Below, in pieces: positions 49,361 through 62,260 of a DNA stretch of 64,000 nucleotides. Numbering within the stretch: position 1 is the stretch's first letter; each line of letters begins with the position of its first letter. The stretch is from Lama glama (Eukaryota): the NCBI GenBank assembly GCA_028534125.1, contig CM052832.1, positions 19,408,001-19,472,000 of the forward strand, given 5' to 3'. Made by a program: the position numbers and the translations under genes. A model generated the notes under the pieces. That model had not been told where the DNA came from and searched no databases. It saw only the letters and a list, made by a program, of their open reading frames with translations.

Positions 49361-51824
49361 AATAACAAAATATGAATTGGCTATTTGGGTCATTTCTCTT
49401 GGAGAAAATTATATTTTCCATTTGTAAAGCCAGTAAAATATGAAACACACTCATATGACCTACTATCCTTTAGGAATAAAGCATTAAAATATAGGAAGAC
49501 ATACAGTAAATAATCACAGGTTTGAAGAACTTTGGGGAGGGTGGCCTATTTAAATACACTCTTTTGAGATTACTCTCAGAGTGCTTTGTAAGTCTTTTAA
49601 AACACTGCCAAAAGATATTTAAACATTCTCCCTAGTGAACTTTTCATGAATATGGAAAAATAGTGTTTTTTTTTTGCCCTAGAGTTTTTATAGTTAGGGA
49701 ATATTTTAGAAATTATTTTAAAATCCCAGAGGATACATGGTATTTTAAAAATAAGATTCACTGCATACTTTTCCGCCAAATCTTTTAATTTTCACTTCTA
49801 AATTGAAACATTCCCATAAAAAGACAAAGAAAGCCAGCAATTGTACCTTTTATTGTGACCTGTAAATGAGACCTGCTCTTGAGACATAGTCAAGCTGTAG
49901 TGTACGATGACGTGAAATATATTTACATAAAATGTCCCACCTTCCTGGAATCTCCACGGAGAAGACGCTAGCATTGGAGAAGTTCAAGTCTCACAGTTCT
50001 TTCTATCCTTTTGGTCATAGTCTTGGAGAGGCCTGTAGGAGAACTTCAAAGTAAAACCCAAGAGCTGGTTTTTTTCCCCTTTAAATGTTTACCTTGATGA
50101 ATCGTCCCCTATGCATAACTATAATTACTTTCATTGTTACTGGTTGTCTTGATACCAATATTAAGCACTTTGTGAGCAGACATTCTGACTTAACACAAAT
50201 AGTTGTGCGCAAGCAGGAGCCCATTTTCTTGTTATAATATTCAGTTTCCTCCCCATTCTCTTAACTGCAATGAAGCCGCCCCTGCTGCTTTTGGGCAGTG
50301 GAAGCTTTATGAATGTCCTAAACTCTCAGCTGCACGAGGGGTTGGTTCTTTGTCCTCCCAGCCTTGTCAGGTGCTTCTCCGTGTGGGCTGTCTCTTATTT
50401 CTGCCCCCAGCATACTGCTATCAGACATGTTCTGTCTGTCCAGCGCCTGTGTGCTGGTGGAGTGCTGATTAGCCTCTATGGATTACTCAGATTTTGAAAC
50501 TGACTAGTCCTCTAGTCTGTAAGTCATTAATTCCAAAATGTCTACTAATCTATGAATAATAACATGAATGGTTTTCCACTACCTAGGCCCACTATGTAAA
50601 TCAGCTAATGGAAATAGCTTGAAAAGCAATACAACCGAATAGTCCTGTTCTTATCTTGTTGACCAAAGGATTCTATGAAAGTCCCCCAATTTCAAATTTA
50701 GCCCAAAACCCCCATGGAAAAAGCTTTACAGTTCAATTAGTTGGAAGTAAATTGCATGATGCCTGTAATCAGAAAAACTGGCATGAACTCAATGTTCAAT
50801 TACTACCTCTAACCTCTTCCTACTTTCTGATATATCCCGTTAAAGCCACTGAGGATTCAAAGAGGATAATTAATTTTTAGGGTGAATTAAAAGACGTAAT
50901 CTGACTATGATCAGGGCTGATTTTCAGCTGGTACTTATTATGATGGCCAATAGCCACACTAGTTGGTTATGAGTTTCTAACTGGTCAGTGCCACTGTTCT
51001 CAAATATTTTGATGGCTTAACCTGCAGATAATGCCACAAATGACCTTGATGCATATTTTAACTGCATTATATCTACACCCAAATCTATGTGCACTTATTG
51101 GACATACCTGTACTTGCTGGTTTCCATATCTGTTTTCCCTGTCCACAGCACCTATGTATTGCCTGTCACATTTAGTCCTGAAAAATGTTCTGACTTGAAA
51201 AATGGAAAAACATAATCTGTTTCGTTTCTATTTTCTGTACATCTCACACCAGCTTGGACGGTTGTGTTATTTTCTAAGTTTAATCGAATGATCTCATTAC
51301 ATGTATATTTTTGTCGAAAGTGACTTTGAATATTGAAATAGATAATTTACAAAATTGAAAAAAGAATTTTAAAGCCCAGGGCAAAGCCAGGGACCTCAGA
51401 ACTTGGAGCCAAGGACACAAACATCCAGAACATTCTCTCTGTATCTTTCAGCTCTGGTTCTTCTAGCTCCCTGGCTTCGTTCTCCCTGAGCTCTGTTCTA
51501 TACTCATTTCCAATGTCACTTGTCTGAACCAGAATTTGGCTATGTGTGGTTCACATGCTTGAAACTCTTCAGTGGCTCCCTGTCACCGACCAGACAAAGC
51601 TGGAGGTCTTCAAGTTCATGACTCTTTTGCATCATCATCTTCCTACACCCCCTAAACTGGGGTCGATGCTTTCACAACATTAAATGGCTCGGCATTTCCT
51701 CCACGCCCATACTCACTCTTGGTTCTTACTGTTGTCTTTGTCTGAAATTCTCCCCGTTTATACTGCCACCCAAACTTCTTTTTGTTTTAACTTACTTGTT
51801 TTTAAGACTCAGTTTAAATGTGCT

Positions 51825-52106
51825 CCTTCCATGAGTTCTGCATCTGCATATTCAACCAACTGCAGGAAAGTATTTGGAAAAAATATTCCAGAGAGCTCTA
51901 TAAAGCAAAATTTGAATTTGTGCGCACTGGCAACTATTTACATAGAATTTACATTGTATTAGGCATTATAAGTGATCTAGGGTAGGTTATATGCAGACAC
52001 TATGCCTCGTTATATAAGGGACTTGAGCGTGTAGAGATTTTGTTATCCGTGGGGGTCCTGGGACCACTGGAATCAGCTCCCTCACGAATACCAAAGGATG
52101 ACCATA
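51825..52106 (-). mobile_element. MER2-family (TcMar-Tigger) non-autonomous DNA transposon
   Basis: aactatttacatagaatttacattgtattaggcattataagtgatctag...taggttatatgca...tatataagggacttgagc...tatccgtgggggtcctgg is the reverse complement of the recalled MER2 consensus. Confidence 0.82.
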
Positions 52107-54032
52107 ATTTGTATTTAATCTGATCTTTGTAGAGACTCAGCAAGTATTTGTTGAGTAAAATAGTGGATGAATGAACCCACTTAAATACACATACTCATGC
52201 TATTTCCCATCCTGAATTTCACCATTTTTAACACAAAGAAATGCCGACAAGTGAATTCATTAACTGTTATGTTGAAATGCAGATATTCTATGTTTGGTGT
52301 TTCCCTCATCTATGAAACTAGCAATTCTGTGAAAAAAAAAAAAGAAAGAAAGACCCTCATTAACGACATGCTTATTTTGGACTGCTTTCCATTATTCCCT
52401 CCTTTCTGAAATGCAGACAAACAATTCTAGAAGGAGTAGGTTTCTAATTAAACTGCTTGACTGGAGAGCACTTTTTACATGGTTTTTTTCTTCCCAGTAG
52501 CTTCAAACAATTAACCCCGAGGTAAAATAAATGGATTTATTGACTGTTCCCAGGGATATGGTAAACGCGCCTCCTGACACTAAGCAGTTTGTAATTTCAT
52601 TGCAGAAGGAGACATATCCATGAAATAGGTAACAGTTAATTCAGCAAGGGGTTCAGTATCAAAGAGATACTGGCACAGTGTGATACGTGTTTGGCATTTT
52701 ATGAAACAGTGGTGATTTAAAGAAATAAAAAGCAAACAACCACCAACCACACCATATATGAATGGGCAGAGGCTTAACTTATAAAAAGTGTAACTTATTT
52801 AGGAAGGGAATCAGGCAAAAGTCCAGGAAACAGAACCTCCCTTGATTATACACTGAGCGAATCAGACTAATAGGCTTATTCTGGAAAAGTGCACATCAGT
52901 ACATCTAAATTTAGTATCGTATGACGTTTGGAATTATCAAACTTTATCAGAACTTTCTCCTGAAATCTGATGGCCATTGTAATCAGATAAGGACATCTTG
53001 CCTACTGAGTCTGTAGCCACTTGAAAACACATTAGAAATAGGGAAAAAAATGAATTCAACGTAGGGGAAACCATCAAGTGCTGCCCGGGAGAGTCACACT
53101 CTAATGCGCTTCAGACTGTGAGAGCCATTTCCCAGGGTAGGGGCTCCTAGGCAAATACAGGAAGGAAAGCCTGCTAGGTTTTCCCATGGCCAGAAGTATC
53201 ATTTGAAGCAAATATACTTTTTCCAAGAACTGCATTCATTCATTCACATTTAGCAACTATTTCCAGAGCACTGACTCTCCAGAAGGCGCTGTATTAAGCT
53301 ACAGAGAGAGAATTCCATGGTTGCAAAAGCAACATGAGGAACTGTTTCCCATGTTCAGCACCCCTCTCCCCCCAGTAATATTTTGTCTATCAACCAGACA
53401 CAGCCTACTGTAAATTAAAGAGCATTGCATGTGTGAAGTGAGAAATATAGGTCTAGGCATGCCTTGAGCAAATTATCCCCCAATTTTGTTCTCAAATTGG
53501 AAAATGAAAGGGTGGAACCATTTGCTTTCTCGAGTCCTTTGAGGCTTTAAAATATAATGATCTAATTAATTTTGATGGCCTTCTGGCTTACACGTTAGTA
53601 TTTGTCAGTGTGTTTACTGTCTGAACGTACTGATTGAGTTAACTTTGCGAACTTGCACAGAAGACAAAGTTCTGAAATACAGCAGCCACAGTGTGCTCAT
53701 TTAAAAGAGAAACACATCCTTCTGTTTGCAGGGGAGGTATAAGCATCCATTGCTTGGGTGTTTGAAAACTCAATGAGTTAATATTTATTATGCTGTAGGA
53801 GAATAGTTAAACTATTTCTGTGCCTGGTTAATTGAGATGTGGTACTTTGATTTTATGGCATTTCATATGAATACGTTTTAAAATGCACTGCTTGGTTAGA
53901 TGGATATGACTGATGGTTCAGATGTGGCATAGACATGTATCTTTTTATATCTGTTACAGTAGATGAAATTGCTGCATAAAGTTTAAACTGCTCCATCAAC
54001 AAAATTGAACATTTTAGTAACAGAAATTTATA

Positions 54033-54057
54033 TGTGTGTGTGTGTGTGTGTGTGTGT
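54033..54057. repeat. (TG)n microsatellite
   Basis: About 12 perfect TG units. Confidence 0.95.
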
Positions 54058-55679
54058 ATAAAATCACCAAAGTCACATAACAAATATTATCCTGAAGTCG
54101 TTTTCGGAAGGGAGTATTTTAATGTTCTCAGTGAATAATTTCTCTCTGCCTGAGAGTGCCTGTTGTATCCTGGGAAATAGAGGCGAAGATAAAATTATTT
54201 AGATTTGCAGCTTCTTGCCATGGGAGGTGAAGGCCTTTTTATTATGATTATTAATGTGATGGGAATAGTTCCATTGCATCGTGTCTCTGCACAGCACCCA
54301 GAGAACAACCTTTTCATCCTGTAAATAATTACACTTCTGATCTTTTTTTTTTCACGCCTCCTGCCATTAATTCCTTCCCCATCTCACCGATTCCCGATTT
54401 CCGTTTGAGATGAAGGTTTCCCCAAGTAATGCCACTGGGTGGTAGTGGGGGAGGAGGGGAGGGAAGGGCTGTTTCTTTGCCTTGACTTGACCCAGGTCTA
54501 AGCCGGCTGGAAAGGAGTGTACCAGGAAACAGGTGCGTGTTCTTTCAAAAGGACACTTCTCCTGCATGCAGAAAAGACAGTATGTTTTACAGAGAAAGAG
54601 TCAGCATCTGGCCCGGTATATTTTCCTTCTTTGTGGGCCAGCTTCTGTAACTGGGGCTCCTGGCCTGGTCCCAGAAAGGACAGCCCATGTATCGTGGTTC
54701 TGAGGGCTGGACTGGGCCAGCGTCCTCTTGGTGATCCAGGGGGTGAGCAAAGGAGGCATCATCCCTGCTTTCAGGCAGCGAATATTCTCACATTCTCATG
54801 AGGGAGAGAGACAACAAACTAGAAAGCAGAGAAGTAAGGCAGGTCAGATAGCAGGGATGCTGTGAAGGTCATGGTTCCATCTCTGTATTTGAAACTCTGC
54901 CTGACGGGAGAGCAAGTCACGGGTCAGGCAAGTGCATCTTCCACAACCTGCCCTGTTCTGTATTATGTTTGCCCCTCAGTGATGATTCCCTCCAGTTTCT
55001 CTTAAGTCCCTGGTTGGACTCTACTGTTACTGAATGGACAGTGGCCTGTGTGGACTATTTGATGGTTAAAAGAATAGACTAGACAGAGACATCAGATTAA
55101 AATAAAGATGGCTGTGGGGGAGAATTTTTTTAAAAAATCAGGATCTATGAAAATATATTTTAAAAGCAAAATGAATAGAAGCAATGTAAATGTCTATAAG
55201 ATTGATTATATTAAGGTATAATCATACGCTTGAATTCTTTTAATCTTTTAACAATGATATTGTAACATGAATCTATTGTGATGTGGGAATTAACTTTTAT
55301 AAAAAGCTGATTACAACCGGGCTATAAATAATTATTGCCTTTTTGTAAAAGTAAATCATATACATGCATAGAAAAGGCCCTGGAAAGTTAACTGTGGTTA
55401 TTTTGAAGTGATGATATCAAGACAGTTTATTCTTTTCTGCTCATTTGTGTTTTCCAGATGGACATATATTGGCTTTTTATGTTGGTAAAAAAACAACAAA
55501 AGCAGCAACAGCAGCAGCAATGACAATAAATCCTTTTGTTTAAAAACATTTTGAAAATTCACATAAAATTAGCTTAAATAAACTTTATTTCTATTTTTGT
55601 AGAAGAAAATGAATTTTAGGGGTAGCTTTTGTTGTGAAAAATCTATACCCTCCTAATACTTAGTAACTTCTGTGTTCTC

Positions 55680-56018
55680 TCCCTCCTCAGGGCCTTTGCA
55701 CCAGCCATTCCCCCTCCCTGGAGCATTCACCCCTCACATATCCATTCCTCATGCTTTTTAAATCTTTATTTAAATGTTATTTTTTAAAATGAAGTCTACC
55801 GTTACTACTCTAACATTGTAAGGTCCTTCCAACTGTCCATAGCACTTATATGATATAAATTTCTTGCTTATTGTATCCATGGTCTCTCCATAGTCCCTCC
55901 TGCCCCCAACCTCCACAAGGCCAATAGACTTCTGCGCACGTTTACTTCTGGATTCCTAGTTCTTAGAATAAGGCCTGCCACATAGTAGGTGGTCAAGAAA
56001 TATTGTTGGATTAATGAA
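55680..56018 (+). mobile_element. L2 3' end
   Basis: cctcagggcctttgcacc...gcctgccacatagtaggtggtcaagaaatattgttggattaatgaa is the canonical L2 3' terminus. Confidence 0.78.
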
Positions 56019-56021
56019 AGG

Positions 56022-56527
56022 TTTTTTTTTTTTTTAAAAACAACTTATAATCAATTTTCAAAAGGTTGGTTTAAGCATCTTCAGTGGTGACTTTAACCTT
56101 TGCTTGGGTTCCATGCGGATGGATGGAAGTCATCTTAATCTTGGGAGGACCATGCACGCCCATGAATTGCTGGTGGGTCCTCCCCTGAAAACAAATCCAA
56201 GCCTTAGAACCTTCACCACAAGGAGTTTTTCTTGCAGTGATTCTCAGAGTCTTGGCAGGTGTTGGAATTAGTCCATTGACTTTGAGATTCTTTTCCTTTG
56301 CACCCCTGATCAAGTTAGCACATACCTTCTCCAAAGGCTTTATGTTGTGGCTGTAATTCGGGGCATTGCCACCTCCAGTTCCATGAGTGTCTGTCCAGTA
56401 TCTTTTAAAGCCACGGCCGAGGCCGGGCTCCCTGATCGCCTTGGTCCTTGGGGAGACCATGCAGTGGTGAGGCGGGAGCAGGCATGGGCGGACCCACTGT
56501 ACCTGTGGCTGCCTCTTCCTCAAAAAG
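56022..56527 (-). pseudogene. RPS20: Processed pseudogene of ribosomal protein S20 (uS10), full-length mRNA copy
   Basis: Minus strand gives ...[19 protein letters not shown]...[17 protein letters not shown]...VKVTTEDA*. It is intronless, starts with a 5' TOP-like ctttttgaggaaga and ends in a poly(A) (T-run 56022-56035). The start codon is changed to GTG (56414-56412) and a short deletion shifts the frame near codon 20. Confidence 0.95.
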
Positions 56528-57147
56528 ACAAAAGATGAAAAAAATCAAAAAACAAAAAAATCCCTGTTTCTTAAGTGTTCCTAACAGTGAAATCCCTTAG
56601 GAAAATCTCACAAGGGCTGTTTGCTTGTTTGGGGGACTTAGGGGTTGGGAGCAAGTGCTAATCCTGTCCTGGCTTGGGTAGATGGGCTTGTGTGGTCCAA
56701 GTGGGGCAGGTTAGTGGGGTAGAGAGTGGGGGCAGAGGCCGGGGTGGTGGAGGGAAGCCAGCAGCCTGACCCCAGCATCTCAAAGGGAAAATGGCGTGAG
56801 TGGGAGCTGGCCACCTGCCGGGCTTGGGACCCTCTGACTCCTCCTCCAGTCCTGAGAGTAGGCAGGTGCAGGAGTGGACAGGAGGACGCATCCCTCCGAT
56901 AGTTCAGTTCTGAAGGACGTCAGTATAAAATAATGTAACCAACACACATTTACAATTTACCTTCATTTATGGGGTGGGAAGACAGGGTCAGAAGTGTTTG
57001 GGATTTAAAAAAAAATCATATTAGAAATGTGTTCTGAAGAGATTGCTCCCACAGACTAAACCCAGATTTCTGTTTGACCAGCTGATTTACCTTAAAAGTG
57101 TCTTGAAAACCTTCTGTGCAACTTTCCTGAAAGATTTAGTGGGACTC

Positions 57148-57645
57148 TGATGGCCAGAATAATGGCCCCCAAAATCCACATCCTAATCCCCAAGGTCTGT
57201 GAATACATTATGTTATGGGGCAGGAGGGGAGTTATGGTTGCTAATCAGCTGACCTTTAAACCGGCAGATGGTCCTTAGTTACCTTGATGGGTCCAGTGTA
57301 CTCATAAGGCTCCTTTAAATGTGGAAATAGGAGGCAAAGGAGTCAGAACCAGAGAGATGACGTTGAGAGAAAGACTCAATGATGGGCCACTGCTGGCTTT
57401 GAAGATGGAAGGGGGCCAGGAGCTGAGCAATGCAGGTGGCTTCTAGAAGCTGGAAAAGGCAAGAAAGTGGACTCTCCCCCCAGACCCTGCAGGAAGGAAC
57501 ATAGCCCTGCTAACACCTTGATTTCTTAGCCTGGTGAGATACATTTCAGACTCTGACCTCCAGAACTATAAGGAAACAAATTTGGGTTGTTTTAAGCCGT
57601 CAGGTTTGTGTTCATCTGTTACAGCACCAGTTGGAAAACAGCACA
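57148..57645 (+). mobile_element. MLT1 (ERVL-MaLR) solo LTR, MLT1D/E-like
   Basis: tgatggccagaataatggccccc...tcctaatcccc...gctggctttgaagatggaaggggg...ctagaagctggaaaaggcaag...ttgttttaagcc...tgttacagc. Confidence 0.9.
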
Positions 57646-60067
57646 GAAAGAGTGAGGGGAAACCTGTCTTTGTGTTTTTGCCACATGCCTGCTTCCCAAT
57701 GCTATGAGAAAATTAAAAGTATCCTTCCAAGGGGAATTAAAAGCCAAAGAACAGAACCACAAAGCACTTCAGAAGTCTGTGATGGCCAAACCTGGCAGTG
57801 GACTGTGAGTCATACCCTCATTTCAGGACAGTGACCAGAAGCTCAAAAAAAAGAGACCCACACTGGCGAGGCCTCGAGCCATGATTCCTCCACCAGGGCC
57901 TGGGTTAGGGAAAGAGGTGTATACGGGAAAGATTAAAAGCGGGTGCACGGTGCTGCTCGTGGAATTCTTCATTAGCAGATGTTTTAAAAGTCAGTGCTCT
58001 AAAATTACTTGCAGAAGCTTATAAATATGAATTTCCTGTAATTCACATTTTAGAAGAACTTCTATCAGCTGTATCACAGCTTGAAAAATACCAAAAATGC
58101 ATTAGAAAAATCTTTCTGTTTAAAACTAGATTGATCCCACATTTACATGGCAAAAGAAGGCCATTACGCAGCAGGCAGTGAAAGCTTCATTTCAGAGAGC
58201 TTGAGCGAAAACCTCAAAATAATTCGCTTCTACCCAGGCCATTTGACAACTGTTAGACTTTTCCTTACAAAATAAAATGAAATACCACCACCTGCTGCTT
58301 AAAATCTCCAATTAATGCTATAAAAAGTGCCTTCATTTAAAAAGCCAATGTGTAAATTTCTCCAAGCGGGGTACAGACATTTCTTCCAATTTCCTGTAAC
58401 CTTTTGCTCTTGTCTGCAGTAGAAAGAGGCGTCCAGATTCCAGAGAGAAGCCAGAACTGATTTTCACCTAATTATTTAAGAGCTAAATCCCTTTCTGTTC
58501 ATCGGGTTCAGTCATTTAAGATACCGATAGTTCGCATGTAATCTGTGGGTATGTCTGTTTAGCAGAAATTGTAAAAGAAGCCGGTCGAATCTTGTCAACA
58601 TTCCACCTGTGAAATAAAACAAGGGTGTTTTTGCATGAACCACAGGAGAGAAGGAAGAGGGTGGGAGAAAAGTGGTCTTTCTTGCCTTGCAAGATCAATC
58701 AGCCAGTGTGAGAATCACCACCTTCAAGCAATTTTTTAGTGGTGAGAAAGTCCAGGTCTTTTATCTCTCCTTTCCCACCCTGATAGTCAGGTTAATGAGA
58801 ATTTCCGAGGGGTGAGTCACTGGACATCTTTGAGATGCCCCTTTCTGTTTACCAGATGAATTGAGGGACAGTCAGCTGTGAGCATTGGGCAGGCAGGGTC
58901 AGCTGAAAAATGTGCAGGAAGGGTGAGTCATTTGCAGCCTGTGCTGATAGCAAAACCAGCAGGCCGACTCTGTCATTCTGTCTTCCTGCCCAGCCAGTTA
59001 TCAGGGCAGGGGCTGGTATGGAAAGGGTTGCCAAGAGTCATTTGGAGCTGTTGTGGTTGGTTATTAGTACAGAGCAGGGAACTCCTGGCAGACAAGACTT
59101 TGTATCTATGGCCTGACCCTAGGATGGTCCTATGGTCTCTGCTTGACCCTCAGGTCTCTCCACAATAGGCATTTCAACCAGTACCATTCACCTCCCACTG
59201 TCCTAAGGCAGGGACCATACCTTCGTTCATTTTTGCATCCTGAATGCTAGCATAATACCCAAAGCATAGAGGGTAGGGGGTAGTTATCAACCAAAGTTTG
59301 TCAATCAATGCATGTTCACTTCCAGTTAGATTAGAAATCCACTGTTGGGCAAATATTACATGCTAAGTTTTTTAAAAAAATCCTTGTACAGTGCTGAACA
59401 CACAGGTGACAAAGAATGAATACTCATCGGCTAATTTGTGATTAAGGCTGTAAGCAAGAGAAAGAACCGTGGGAGACAGCACATGGCTGAAATATTGGGT
59501 GTCAATATTTCACAACGACGTGTAGTATTGTGTAGAGCTTTGCTGCATTATGGTTGGGTGTAATGTACTGTTTTTACTGCTCTGGTATGAGTGGAGCAGG
59601 TGATTTTTAAAGCAAGAAATCAATTGCCAGGATTTGGAGGAAATATTTATTTAGGTGCAATTGATAGTCAAATTAAAAAAGAAAAAGGAGTTGCAGACCC
59701 ACCAAAAAGCTGTAGTCTCAGAAAATGCATATTAGTGTGTGTGCATATGCATGAGCTTGTGTGTGTGATCGTGTAGGCAAAACTTCCTATTTAAGGCTCT
59801 CTTTATGTAATGTAACTATAAGTAAATCTTGGGCTTGCGTTAGAAGTTCCATACCATTTACATAAATAGTTACACAACTACTGAGTGACTGGGGTTGGGG
59901 ACTGGCTACAAAGGGAAGCTGGCTAGTATTTCAGTGTGGTTGACTGACTCTGTAGTCTAGGTTAGTACTTCATTTTTCATGTTCCTTTGTGAACTTTCCA
60001 TCCATCTTCATATGAATATGTCTGTATACATACATGTATATGCATATATAATATGGACCTGCACATT

Positions 60068-60090
60068 TGTGTGTGTGTGTGTGTGTGTGT
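60068..60090. repeat. (TG)n microsatellite
   Basis: About 11 perfect TG units. Confidence 0.95.
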
Positions 60091-60260
60091 ATGTTTATGC
60101 AGCTAAGTGTCATGCTTGTCCAGATCAGGGACAGATGTGTGTCTACTGCCTGTTCTAGATGGATCACACCTAATGAGTTGTTCGACATGTAGCCAACATG
60201 CAAGAGATACTTACCGGTGACCTGATTATCTTTGTGTATTTAACAAAAATGGCACAAACA

Positions 60261-60384
60261 AAATATGAAAATGAATATATATATATATGTATGTATGTAT
60301 ATGCAAGACTGGGACATTGTGCTGTACACCAGAGATTGGCACATTGTAATTGACTGTAGTTCAATCAATAGAAAAAAAAAAAAG
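60261..60384 (+). mobile_element. Young 5'-truncated L1 insertion with perfect TSD
   Basis: L1 3' end (gactgggacattgtgctgtacaccagagattggcacattgtaattgactgtagttcaat) plus an A-tail, flanked by the 14-bp TSD aaatggcacaaaca at 60247-60260 and 60385-60398. Confidence 0.92.
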
Positions 60385-61199
60385 AAATGGCACAAACATT
60401 TCATCCCATTTCAAAAATTTTGAAAAGCATCCAGAGTCCCACAGAAGCCCTGTGTTTCCAAATTTTTGTTGGAGCACAGACTCAGCAACCACTTAGAAAA
60501 CTCTAGGAATGCAAGAGAACTCCCAAATTGGAAGAGGAGACCTGAGAGCAGAAAAGGTGTTTATGACTTAAAAGAAATGTCTTGGACTCCCATTGTGAAG
60601 TCCTCTATGTGGCTCCAAGAGGAATATTTCTAAAGCACATATCTGGCAGAAACACTCATCCACACATTTCTTTCTTTTTCTTTTTTTTTTAAAAATAGAT
60701 TGATGTTATAACTCTGTTAGACGCTAAGGATACAGAGATGAACAAGACGTGCCCCCTTCCTCACGGCATTCACAATCAGACGAGTTTGTCTTCGTGGTCC
60801 AGGTGGTAAGCACCACCCTGACAGAGGCAGGTCCAGGGTGACAGGGCATCACAGAAGAGGGACACCAAAACTAGGTTGAGAGGCCAGGATGAGCTTCTCA
60901 GAAGTGGAAGTCTTCAGGGAAGGACAATGTGAGTGGGTCCCCGTCATCCATATGACATCACTCCTGACAGGGGCTAAAAGATCTTTCACCTTCTGGCTTC
61001 TGTCACCTCCTCATTTTCAAGCATCAGCACACACCACACACAGGTGTGTGCACATGTGTGCATGTGCTTACACACACACACTCACACTCACCACATGCTC
61101 CGGCTACTAAGAACTGAGCAGATCATATTAATCAAGACTCAAATCTCATTGGCTTCTATAAAAGAATACTTTACCCCTGATGTCTCTGACTGTTCATGC

Positions 61200-62260
61200 T
61201 GCAACCTATTGGAATCATTTTTTAGTTCTCAACTTTCCAGGGAAAACGCACTGGCAAAGGTTGTCCTTGACCTCTGGAAGGTTAAATCCAATGACCTTTT
61301 TATAGCTTCATCTTACTTGGCCTCTTTGCTCCAGGTGGGTGACCCTGTCCCTTCACACTGTGTCTTGGAAAAATTCATTAAATGATCTCTGCCTGGATTT
61401 GCTCAATGATAAAACGAGATAATAGTATTATTACATCATCACAGCTCTATAAGTATTAGTTGGGTTAATATATGCAAAGTGCCTGGTACAAAGCAAATGT
61501 GATCATGTGCTATTGTTAACTCTCCTGATCACTCTCTAAAAAACAATCTCTGTGTGGTAACTTCAACAGCCCTCTTTGGTTCTCCTCCTGCCTCTTTGTG
61601 TCTCTCAGCCTTCTTCATTGACCCCTCTTATTTATTCTGCCTCCCCTTAAATGTTAAAGTCTCAGAGTTTGTCCGCTGACATCCTAGGCTGACACATGGG
61701 TCCACCCTCGGGGCTCCCCCGCCTCCCACTTTCCCCAGTACAGCTCTAATCTTACTGCTTCCAGAGAGGTCTTTGTAAAACTCAAATCTCAGCATGTTCT
61801 TCCTCTGCTTAAAACCCTGCCAGAGGCTCCTGCCTGCAGAACCAAACCCCTTTCCTTGGCTTACAAAGCTCCTTCCACCAGCTGGACTCAGCCCACCCTG
61901 CAGGCGTTATCTCTCATCGCCCTGACCCCTCACTTCCGGTGCATCTGGGCCGGCCCACAAATATACGTGACCAAGTGGGCTCTGTAACTGCCACAGCCAA
62001 ACTCACGCTATTCCTTCTTTCACATCAGCTTAAACATCGTTGGCTCTACACTTTTCTCCTTGGGTATTCATCCATCCTCTGGGCACCACCATACCCCAAA
62101 CAGATGTCCATCAGACCTCAGGACAGTTGGTGTGCTGATTTGCATTCTTTGACATTTCTCTGAAGGGCAAGGGTTGTCTTATTCTTTGTATTCTCAGCAC
62201 TTAAAGAGCAACTGAAGTGGCTGGTACAGAGTTGGTGCTCAGATGATGAACAAATGCATG
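61200..62260 (+). mobile_element. L2 remnants (with a small MIR-like piece near 61400-61500)
   Basis: gttaaatccaatgacc...cctctgcttaaaaccctgccagaggctcc...gaagggcaaggg...gctcagatgatgaacaaatg follows the L2 3' order. Boundaries approximate. Confidence 0.6.

Noticed and set aside
56014..56540. TSD for the RPS20 retrocopy (atgaaa on both sides)
   Set aside because: Only 6 bp in A-rich context and not flush with the element ends, so not convincing.
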